A DNA stretch of 64,000 bases, from positions 248,001 to 312,000 of the forward strand of contig OZ025658.1 in assembly GCA_964019335.1 (NCBI GenBank). Direction: 5' to 3'. Below are positions 54,486 through 64,000 of this stretch, in pieces; position 1 is the first letter of the stretch; each line of letters opens with the position of its first letter. The notes under the pieces were generated by a model. It saw nothing but the letters and a program-made list of their open reading frames with translations, searched no databases and was not told the DNA's origin. The translations under genes and the position numbers were made by a program. The DNA is from Diplonema japonicum (lineage: Eukaryota; Protista; Euglenozoa: Diplonemea).

Positions 54486-56290
54486 TTATATTTTCAACGG
54501 ACCCTTTTTGAGCGTTTTCGCAGGGCTGGAAGATTATTTTTAATATTTTTTTTTATATATTTTTTTTTCCCCCCCTCCCTACCACCCACCAACACATACC
54601 TCGAAAAGGACCCGCGGACATCTTGCATTTCTTCGGCTTCACTTTTCTTTCTGAGAAGCGGTTTTGAAAGATCCGCGTTTTTAATCTCGGGTTCCCCCAA
54701 GCGGAAGGCACGAAGTGTGTTTTGAAGGGACTGCACCGAGGAATTGGGGGTCAGCTCGGCAGAAGGACGCAATTTCGCTGTGACAGGAGAGAGCAGAAGA
54801 CCAGACAGAGGCGGAGAAGGGGAGCTGTATAAAGGATTGGGATGCGCCGCAGCAGCACCCCCTACCCCTCGATTGTGAGCTTTTGCTTTCGTTAGGATGG
54901 GCGGAAGATTTTGCTTTCGCGGGGTAAGCCCCAATGGAGTGGCCACCATTGCCAACTCATCAGATTCGGAAGAACTTGAAGAAAGCAAGCGTTGATCTTC
55001 GACCACTGTGACTCTCTCGCTGAGCAAAGGGTCGTCTTCAATAAAAGTTTTTAACACGCTTTCCTCTGGTGGTGGTGGTACTACCTCTTCACCTTCTTCA
55101 CCATCCTCCGAAACCACATAGTTCTCCCGTTCGGTTGCAGGGTCAAACGGCATGCTGTCTTCCCAGGTTTTAACCTTTTTCAACATAGCACCCGATAGTT
55201 CCTTATTGCGGAGCATCATTAGGTTTGACTCGATCTCGTGTTCGACGTCGCTGGGGGGGTCGTCGTGTTGTTTGGCTTCCTCGCCGTTTTTTTTTTGTTC
55301 CCGCCTTTTGCAACACCACGCCAAGCACAGCAGCAACAGACACACACCCAATATAATCAAAATAACCACCCACAACGGGAAAGAACTCCCGCTGTCGTCA
55401 TTCGCAACCAGTGTCACCGTCGCGGTGCGGTTCTCGTCCGGGTTGATGGAATCATCTTGCGGCACAGGACCGGGCTTTAGAGGCGCCTGAACTGGCGGCT
55501 CCATTGGGGGCCGCTGTGTTACGGTGGCGGTTAGAATGTTAGTTGCAGAGGTGGTATTGGTGGCCTCATCGGTTTCAGTACTTGTCGCAGTGAAGAACAC
55601 AGTCTTCGTCGGGGTTACACTGTTTGTAACGGTCTCCGTTTCACTCAAACTTCCTGTTGTTGAAACAGTTTCGGTGATTATCGGCGTTGGCGTGGGAACA
55701 GGGGGTGAAGGTGTCGCAGGTACATCTGTCGCTGGTGCATCTGTCGCCTTCACACACAACTGATCATCGAGCGTAGCATACCCCCGTGTCGTCGTGCAGA
55801 TAAACAATACATTTTTGTTCAATGTGAACCCGGATATGCATAGGTCGCCTGTTAGTGTAGGCCCCAATGCGGACCCTTCCCTGCTTTCGTTGAACGTGGT
55901 TTCTGTTGGTGAGGATCCTGTGACGTATTGTGTGTCAGTCCAGACTGTTGTTGCGAAGGAAGGTGTGATGCCTTGGCAGCTTGCAAAGTTGCATACAGCC
56001 ATGAACAGTTCGATGAAGGAACACTGTGGGCCTAGCGCGAAGCATAGGACATCGGTGGTGTCCCATTCTCCCTTTGCGCCGCACGTGGTGTTTTGGCACC
56101 GGTAGCCGGTTCTTTCAAAGCTGCATGTTTCTGAGTATCCTACCACTCCACCAGCGTCGCAGTTGGTACTTGTGGAGACGGCACTCGCGGTATTTTCTAT
56201 GTCGTCATATCGGCATCCTGCGACTGGTGCCAGTGTTGGTGCGGCCGTGATTTGTAATGCGATCAAGATGGAGATTAACGCTTGCACCAT
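54486..56290 (-). CDS. Type I membrane protein (Cys-rich domain, Thr/Pro-rich stalk, TM, cytoplasmic tail); intron 54526-54599
   Basis: Signal peptide MVQALISILIAL, TDAPATDVPATPSP and T-x-T runs, TM PLWVVILIILGVCLLLLCLAWCC. Confidence 0.8.
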
Positions 56291-56421
56291 CCCATCCTGA
56301 GAGGAACATGTTATTGGTGAGAATGGAGGGAATGGGGAGGGGACCCAACTAACAACAAGAATAGAATACAAAAATAACAAAAAATAATGAAAAAAAAATA
56401 GAATTTTTCAGCTAACCGCGT

Positions 56422-56470
<49 letters not shown>

Positions 56471-56760
56471 TCTCTGACTCAAATTTGTGATCACGGAGGG
56501 TTACGAAAAAAAAAATAAAAAAATAAAAAGGAGCAAATTTCCAACAGCGCATTCAGCTATAAAATAGAAGAAATAAAAAAGAAACGTAAACTAAGGAAAA
56601 AGAAGAAGAACACAAAAAAAAATAAAAAGAAGACGGGGGTAAAAGAAACTATTTAGTAGGCTGCCCACTTTTTTCCCCCTTCTTTCTTTCTTTCTTTCTT
56701 TGCTTTTCTGATTCATATTTTTTATTTTTTTATCCCCGCCACTTTACAGTATACCAGTAT

Positions 56761-56796
<36 letters not shown>

Positions 56797-56848
56797 GTTG
56801 AGCAAAAAGTGTTACCACCACAGAGTGGGGATAGTAAGTTGTGTGATT

Positions 56849-56888
<40 letters not shown>

Positions 56889-57741
56889 CACACAATCACG
56901 ACACTATTAATCGTGCGAAAAAGGCGATTTCTTTTTCTTAAATGAGCCACAAAGCGGCTGGGGGGGAGTGAGAGGCTTGAAGTGTCGATATAAGAGCCCT
57001 AACGTGATCCCCCTCAAGGAAGACCGGAGATGTCCTTTATGGACTGTACCCCTTGACCCAGAGTTGCTGCTAAGAAGGAGAAAAAAAAAAAAAGAGGAAA
57101 AAAAAAAATATAGAGGTAAGCTTTATTAACCTGCTACTGTTGGGTCATGTGACAAATGTTATTGGGCGGTTTGGTATAGGGAGTAGGGGGAAGGGAAGGG
57201 GGGGGGGTGTGAAAAAGAAAATGAATTCTGTTAAGTTAGCTTTCTTAAAAGGCTTTCTTGTGTCACGCACGGAATAATATAAAAAAAAAAAACGGGGAAG
57301 AAAAACCATTCGACTTTTTTTTTCCTTCCCCCTCCCCTCCCCTTTCATTTATCTTTTTTTTTTGTCCTCCCCGAAGTTTTCTGAAGACAGCGAACTTGAT
57401 TGAATTAAAATAAGTCTCCCCCCGCAACCTCTCGGTTTGAACAAGTCAACGCGAGCAGAGCCCCTTCTCTCTCTCTCTTTTTTTTTTTTTTTCCCGCGTA
57501 AAATTCGTCGAATGAAACAAAAGAATCGACTTCAGTAGCTTCCACCCGGAACACCCACGAGCAATTAATTTTCGCTTCTTCTGCACTGAAGGATGCATGG
57601 TTGCAGGTAGGGTGGGTTGCTGTGCTCGATGGAAAAAAAAAAAAAAAAAAGAGAGAAAGAAAAAAGAGTGGAGTGTAAAAAATTAAAAAAGAATACATCA
57701 AAAACTGTGGTAAACTTGAATGGAAAGAAAAAAATAAGATA

Positions 57742-58780
57742 CGAGCTCGTCCGAAAAAAAAAATGTCAACACTTTTTTGGACACCTCCGAAAATTTTTTG
57801 TTTTGATTATTTGAGCAAAAAAAGGGCAGCATGCAACCATAGGAAGATGACATACATGGTGTACATGACGCCGTTCTTTCAATTGCGATGTTTGTTTTGC
57901 CATGAGGTGGCAGGCTTTGCAACCGGTTGCCTCCGGGAAGCGAAAAACAGAGGTCAGAAAAACGACGGAAAATGTTTAAAATGCAGCTTAAAAGCTTGAA
58001 ATGCAGCACCTAGGGTGCATAAAAGTGGTGAACACACACCTTTGTGACCCCTGGGTACAACCCAGGGTCGGGTTACTGTTAAAAGTACTTAGCGAAAAAT
58101 ATATGGCGTTGCATAGCCCCCGAAAAACCGGTTTTTTTAGCCCTATTTTTTGCTTTTTCGAGGGGTTCCTAAGGGAATTGGCCTAAAAGGCCCATTTTCT
58201 TGAAAACCCAATTCTTAACACTTGCCTGCTCAACATCGGTATCTTTGGGGCCATACATGCATTCTCTACCCATCTGCTGAGGTTTATCATTTTTTTTTTC
58301 TTACTCATGACAAATTATAAATTGAGAAGTTTGCTTTTAAAGGGCCCTTAAGGGATTTCAGCCTAAAATGGGCATTGTAGCCTAAAATAGGCCAAAATGG
58401 CAGTATTTTCCCCACCCCATTTTAATTGTGATAAAGAGCCCAAACCACCCAAAATGACCCCCTAAGTTTCACAGATTTCCCATCTGCGTCCATTTCTTCT
58501 CGCTTTTCATTGAAGAAAACAAAAAAGGAATATGGAGCCTGGGTCATTTACAATTTCCAGATGACAAAACCTAAAAAAAACCATTCTAAAAAGCATGTTT
58601 TTGCACGCGCGTTTTAGAAATGAAACAAACGGCGTGCATTGTGACCTATATGGTGAACACACTTAGACTGCATTTCTGCACACAAAGTGGTGTCGGACTA
58701 CATTTGTACTTAGAAATTTTCCGAGGATTTTCCGTTGCAAAAGAGGGTCATTTGTTGACATCTTTTTCCGGACAAGCTCA
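57742..58780. mobile_element. ~1-kb non-coding Tc1/mariner-like element with imperfect TIRs and TA duplication
   Basis: Left TA|CGAGCTCGTCCGAAAAAAAAAATGTCAACA versus reverse complement of right TA|TGAGCTTGTCCGGAAAAAGATGTCAACA. Confidence 0.65.
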
Positions 58781-59131
58781 TATAAGATAAACTGACCTGT
58801 GGATGTGTTCCCCCGGTTTTCTTTTTTTTATCGCTAAAACTTTTGGGTATAAAAAGATCAAAAATAAAACAATGCAACACATTGCTTATACAATAGTTTT
58901 CTCTTTTTTTTTTTTTTTTTTTTGTTCCCAGCACTCCACCGCCTCTTCTAAGGCGATTACGCCTGAATAAGTTACGGTTAACACAAAAAAGAGTCGGTTG
59001 GTTGTTGTTTGTGCACAGCCGGGGTTAACCTGTAGAAGGATAAGCCCAACAATGCTACCACTACTCTTTTTAGCAATAACAATTCATTATCAATATATTG
59101 TTTTTCTTGTTCATGCAAAAAAAGTTTTTTT

Positions 59132-59173
59132 TTCAAATTAACATGCAAGCCCCTAAGACGAAAGCCGCATGCC
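59132..59173. repeat. 42-bp dispersed repeat, copy 2
   Basis: Identical to 879-920. Confidence 0.85.
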
Positions 59174-59328
59174 CTAAAAAGGGAAGGGGGTATGGTCAAT
59201 ACTAGGTATCTCTCAGTTTCGGTCAAATCTCGCGACTCCTCCAGGTGCTGACCTCTTCAGGCGAGAGGCACCTTTCAATGGCTCCTACTAGCGTCCCAGC
59301 AGGTTGGAGAGTACTTTTCCCGACCACG

Positions 59329-59377
<49 letters not shown>

Positions 59378-59806
59378 CCCTCTTTCACTCCTTTGGGATC
59401 CAGAGCAAGGTTTTGCAAATCTTGCGCAGATCGGGAAAGTACACGGGGGGAAAACAACAAAAAAAAAAGGATTTTATTGACTCCCTCCATCCAATTGTGG
59501 GAAGACCAGGGTTGCAGTGGTTTTGTTGTGAAAGCTTCTTCTTTAAAAGAATGCTCTCTCTCTCTTTTTTTTTTCTTCTTCTTTTTTTTTTTTTTTTTTT
59601 TGAAAAAAGGGCAATAGTTAACGCGCACCCAAAAAGAAAATAGTGTGACCAAGGAAACACCCCCCCCCCCCCCCAGACATACTAGGAAACGAAATGTTTT
59701 TTTTTTTCCTTTTTTCGTACACGTCGAAAAGACATTTCAGGTCAGAAGCTGGCCCTTTAAAAAAAAAACCCACCCCACTCCCCCCCCCCCCCCCCCCCCC
59801 CCCAAA

Positions 59807-62179
59807 TCACCTAAAATCAGTTGAATAGTCGATGCAAAAACCGGGGGAAATAGGCTCCGCCGACGCGAGGACGCACTTCCCCGCGGTGGCCAGGTATTTC
59901 CTGAGAAAAGTGTAGTCGCCAGCCTCGAACGCGTCGTTGAACTCCGGCGACCACCCAGAGTCGTCCTCCGCGTACGTGGCAAACTCCGACAGGGAAGGCA
60001 CCCGAAACTCAAAGATCGTAATATGCTGAGGTACAGGGGTGTCCAACACCCATTTATCAATAGGCCGAATCATATATTTTAAACTGGGATCGGCGGATGC
60101 GGAAGGATGCCCTGGCATTGATGTGTGAAGTGCGAATGTAGAGTGTGCTTTGGCCTCCCGTGACAATGCGCAGGCCAGTTCCACGCTCCCACCAATCACA
60201 GTGACGAACCTTTGAGATGCCGTCCCCACGTTCCCGTGAAGCACCATTCCTGTGGACAACCCGCAGTGTGCGTTGTGTGTACCATACGTTCGCAGTGCGT
60301 TGTACAAGAGGCCTAAAGCACGGACACCATATGATAAATGGCCGTGAACACGTTTCGAACAGTTCCAGGTCCCCACCACCGTTGATGAGAACACACTATC
60401 GCACACTCCTTCAGACCTTTCAATGCAATCCACTATCATCACCACTATGTTGTTCACATCAATCGCAGGATTGGGATATCCTTCGAACGATGACAAGGAT
60501 AAGTTAATACACATTACAGTCACGTTGCTCTTTCTCAACTGTGTTCTGCAGTGTTCCTTTGTCAACTGGCTCTGCAGAGTGGCTGCGGGTGTTGGTGGCC
60601 GTTGTATGACAGCAGGGGGTACCAAGGGGTTTTCAGCGACGTCGCAGTCGGACGGCCATTTATTTTGAGCTTCTCTTATAACATCGTGGAGCCTGTTGAT
60701 GGATGAGTTCACGAGAAGGGCTATCATGGGTTTCTCTGCGAGGCCTTTCAACGGGATTGGCCCCAAGGGGTACACCGCCATGTTTTGCACGATCCCGTTT
60801 ACCTCTCGTAAAACCTCTTCGGTCACGGCGATTGCGCCGCCTACACTTGCTCCCTCCACCCTGGCTGCAGTGTTCACTGTTGGTCCGAAATAATCATTGC
60901 GGCCGGTTATGGGGTTTTCCTCGATTTCAACCTCACCGCAGTGTACGCCCATTCTGACTCGTAGGCCTCTCCATGCGCCTTCTACTTCGCAGCATTCTGG
61001 GAGTGACATTAGTGATTGCGGCCATTCTGATCTGTAAAGCATTTCTTGCGCGCGGAGGCAGAATCGGCACGCTTCGATGGGCGCTTCAAACGCAACCATG
61101 AAGGCGTCCCCGATGGTCTTCACCTCGTAGCCTTGGTACAACGCTATCGACCGGCGCATGATCTGATTGTGGATTTTGAGCCCGCTCATCATTCCAGACT
61201 GTGCTGCTTCCCATATCTTGGTTGACGCCTGGATGTCAGTGAAGACGAGTGAAGCCACCAGCGTGTCCAGCCCAGGGGGTGGGAGGGCGGGCGGAGCGAA
61301 TGAACTGGCAGATGAGCTATCGATTGTTTCGATCATATTCGCCTGTGATTCGTACGCTTCATTGATGAACAGAGCGTCTGGTAGGTAGGGTCGGTACTGT
61401 CTGAGGTTGGCGAGGAGGGAAGTGAATGCGTTCTTGAGGTCACTGTCGCCACCTTTGCCGACGAGGATCTCCGCCTCGTCGAGGTCGAAGCGTACCATCG
61501 CCGACGCGACGCGCTCTGCGAGGTGTATCGAGTGCGCCACCTTCTCCCGCTCCTCCCGCATCCCCACAGCGAAGCGTCTTGTTAAGACAAAGTCTCCTAT
61601 TAAGACTGACATTCGAAGGGCGAAGATCCTCAATCCCACCCCCCACCCCGCCCCGCTTGTCCACCCGCCATCCTCTGCCTCCGCTGCCGTGTACGGGAAC
61701 ACTGAGTAGTACCCGAACCCAGCTGACTCCTCCACACATTTCAACACGAGGTGAAGTCCTATCGCTCCTTGAAGTGCGGCAGTCACTTTCCGGCTGCTGT
61801 TCGACAGCAGCATTAGATCGCTTACAACCACAACGCCGATCCATGATTCCATCACCCCGTTCGTTCTCCAGTCGTGCAGGATGAAGTAGATCCCGAGGGA
61901 GAGGAGGAAGTGGTCGCAGCTTGTTTGAAGGAGAGTTGCAGAGCAGAGCGTCCGACTGAGGAAGATAAGGCAGAGGGAAAGGAAGAAGCCGTTGATGAGA
62001 GCTGTGTAGTAGTCCGCTTGCACCATGTTGGTAGCCGTGAAGATGAAGAGGAGGAAAGCCATTACAGCGGCAAAAGGGAAGACGATCCAGATTCTGTTCT
62101 TGTCTGTCTGGCTTGTGGCCACCGTCTGTTCAGACACCGCCTCATACACCTTTGCGACGAACGACTTTTTCGGCTCCAT
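59807..62179 (-). CDS. Multi-TM class III adenylate cyclase with a second, degenerate cyclase domain
   Basis: Domain 1: FTDIQAST, EVKTIGDAFM, RVRMGVHCG, DYFGPTVNTAARVE. Domain 2: HCGLSTG.VLHGNVG. Confidence 0.9.
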   Translation of the reverse strand: MEPKKSFVAKVYEAVSEQTVATSQTDKNRIWIVFPFAAVMAFLLFIFTATNMVQADYYTALINGFFLSLCLIFLSRTLCSATLLQTSCDHFLLSLGIYFILHDWRTNGVMESWIGVVVVSDLMLLSNSSRKVTAALQGAIGLHLVLKCVEESAGFGYYSVFPYTAAEAEDGGWTSGAGWGVGLRIFALRMSVLIGDFVLTRRFAVGMREEREKVAHSIHLAERVASAMVRFDLDEAEILVGKGGDSDLKNAFTSLLANLRQYRPYLPDALFINEAYESQANMIETIDSSSASSFAPPALPPPGLDTLVASLVFTDIQASTKIWEAAQSGMMSGLKIHNQIMRRSIALYQGYEVKTIGDAFMVAFEAPIEACRFCLRAQEMLYRSEWPQSLMSLPECCEVEGAWRGLRVRMGVHCGEVEIEENPITGRNDYFGPTVNTAARVEGASVGGAIAVTEEVLREVNGIVQNMAVYPLGPIPLKGLAEKPMIALLVNSSINRLHDVIREAQNKWPSDCDVAENPLVPPAVIQRPPTPAATLQSQLTKEHCRTQLRKSNVTVMCINLSLSSFEGYPNPAIDVNNIVVMIVDCIERSEGVCDSVFSSTVVGTWNCSKRVHGHLSYGVRALGLLYNALRTYGTHNAHCGLSTGMVLHGNVGTASQRFVTVIGGSVELACALSREAKAHSTFALHTSMPGHPSASADPSLKYMIRPIDKWVLDTPVPQHITIFEFRVPSLSEFATYAEDDSGWSPEFNDAFEAGDYTFLRKYLATAGKCVLASAEPISPGFCIDYSTDFR

Positions 62180-62706
62180 GATTGCGCACCAAAAGGTGCC
62201 CAACACCGCCCTGCTGTAATGTTTTTTTTTTTTTTTTTTTTTTTTTTCCCGTCTGACCCCCAGTTCAATGGGAAGCTAGCCACGCGCATCACAGCATTGC
62301 ACCTGCACAGGCAGGGTTGGTCCATGTCTGCGAACTGACAACTTAACGAAAACACGAAAAAAATGACTACCACAACAACCAACAAGTACCCGCCCTTGCT
62401 TTGGGGAAAAAAAAAAGAAAAAGAAACTGGAAAAAAAAGAGTTTAAGGGAGGGGAGGTGTAAACATCCTATAATCTTTATGAATATATAACTGGGTGGGG
62501 GTATTGGGTTTCTATGCAATCAGACTGTTTTAACCAAAGGAAGAAAGTAGGTGAAAGAAAGAAATATAAGAGCTAAAGGAGGCCGGTGTTGGCGGCGCCC
62601 TGCACAAGAACTGTCTAAGAAAAAAAAAGATTCTTTTATGACTTACCAAATTAGCTAAAGCTAAGCTTTTTTTTTTTTTTTTTAAATTTCATTCTGTCAT
62701 TTTCTT

Positions 62707-62780
62707 CAGGGCCCGAGTGCAAAAAATTCGGGAACTCGAGTTAAATAATGACTTATAATTTGTTGGCAATAAATGGCTAT
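62707..62780 (-). mobile_element. Partial copy 4 of the hairpin-ended element (left arm only, ending at the hairpin loop)
   Basis: CAGGGCCCGAGTGCAAAAAATTCGGGAACTCGAGTTAAATAATGAC...TTTGTTGGCAATAAAT. Confidence 0.8.
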
Positions 62781-64000
62781 TTTTTTGCTCGGCACAAGTT
62801 GCACAAGGTTAATAAATTATTCTTTTGAAAAAAGAAAAAAAAAAAAAAAAAAAAAAAAATACTGGAAGTGAAGAATATCGGACTGATAAATTCTCGGACG
62901 GCATGACACCCGGCCTTACAATTTCTCGTACGCCCAAAAAGCTTTTTTTCAGTGTTCTTTAGAAGACACAGAAAAGAAGAAAGAATTCGACTGTGCAGTA
63001 ATTAGATAAATAAAAAGAAAAGGCATGTGAAAAGTGTAGATGAGGTTATTTTTCTCTTCCTCCTTTTTTTGTCTCACACCTTTCTCACATAATCACACAA
63101 AACAAAACAAAAAAAGAGGAACTGGCCGTTGTTTGTAGGTGGGTAAAACCTGGAGAAGTCAACCCGAAACACGCTGTCGACGTTCCCCTTTTGTTTAGAC
63201 AAGTCAAAGACTCGTTTTTGCAAAAAAAGAAAAGAAAAAAGAGAGAAAACTGCTAAATAGACCCCTAAGTTTGGGAAAATGCTCAAAGTGAGGAAAAAGT
63301 TTCTGAGCCGGCCCCCAAGATTTCATAAATACTCAAGGTGCTACCCCAAATGTTGGACATGACAGCAGCAGGTTATTACACCAACAGCTGCAGTACATCA
63401 CCAAAGGCATGCCCAGCACGGAGCAGGTGGCGATCCCTTTAGGTGGGCCTGTACATCATGTGCAATCTGGGGATCAGTGCACCTTCTTGCTATTTTGAAA
63501 CTACTTCTACTCTTTTGAAAACCAAGGGGGCTGACTTTAAGCATTTCTAAAATTTAGGAGTCTAGTTTGCACTCCACCCCCCCCCCCAAAAAAAAGAAAA
63601 CAATCGGAAAAAGAAATGAAAGGAAAAAAAAAAAAAAGAAACAAAAATATGGGTAAGAAATACATCGTCCGGTAAAAAAATGACAACGAAGGCTGCAATT
63701 CATTGAACAAGAGTAAAGGTAAACACGAATTCAAAAACCTTTTTTTTTTTTTGACAAATACTGACCATAACAGAAAAGGGAGACGAGGGTGATGACCGCC
63801 GATGACAACAGCGAAGAACACATCTGATGTACTTCTTTATATCTCATGTTATCCCCACCACCATAAGAAAATGAGAAGAGAGAGAAATATATAATAGAAC
63901 AGATAAGAATGCACCTCCTCTGCCGGCACCCGGAAGTTTGAGGGTGCATCTTGCCATGTTTTCTCATCTTTCTCTTTCCCTTCCAATTCCTATTAAATTT

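Noticed and set aside
56940-57620. Coding-like patches (also 41540-41760, 45050-45650, 59170-59530, 63130-63960)
   Set aside because: I could not assemble consistent exons or recognise a family. They may be decayed genes.
4074-62179. Stop-codon reassignment (Blastocrithidia-like)
   Set aside because: Conserved genes are open under the standard code and end in TAA, TAG and TGA. Apparent premature stops are explained by introns.

Overview
Gene-dense, homopolymer-rich eukaryotic nuclear DNA from a euglenozoan. KMP-11 is present. Short cis-introns, a TM adenylate cyclase with two cyclase domains and an LVIVD surface protein make a diplonemid more likely than a kinetoplastid (inference). All ~28 recognisable protein genes and both tRNAs lie on the minus strand, forming one directional cluster. 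Manual splicing finds 16 frame-consistent short GT-AG introns (35-74 nt, all with GTAY donors, mostly GTATG). Many carry a poly(A) tract where a polypyrimidine tract is expected, and 13 of 16 sit in the last 30% of the CDS. Many start codons are preceded directly by genomic poly(A). Intergenic DNA holds: a Crypton-like tyrosine-recombinase element (2 defective copies); a ~550-bp putative non-autonomous partner (4 copies) whose terminal hairpin occurs in flip/flop isomers; a decayed pogo transposon and its MITE; other MITEs; an internally deleted non-LTR retrotransposon with orphan copies of its 3' stem-loop; and a 77-nt LSU rRNA fragment. Probable bacterial-type genes include a class III FBPase, a cN-I-type 5'-nucleotidase and an SH3b-zinc finger fusion. 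All family calls come from motif recognition by eye; no searches were run.
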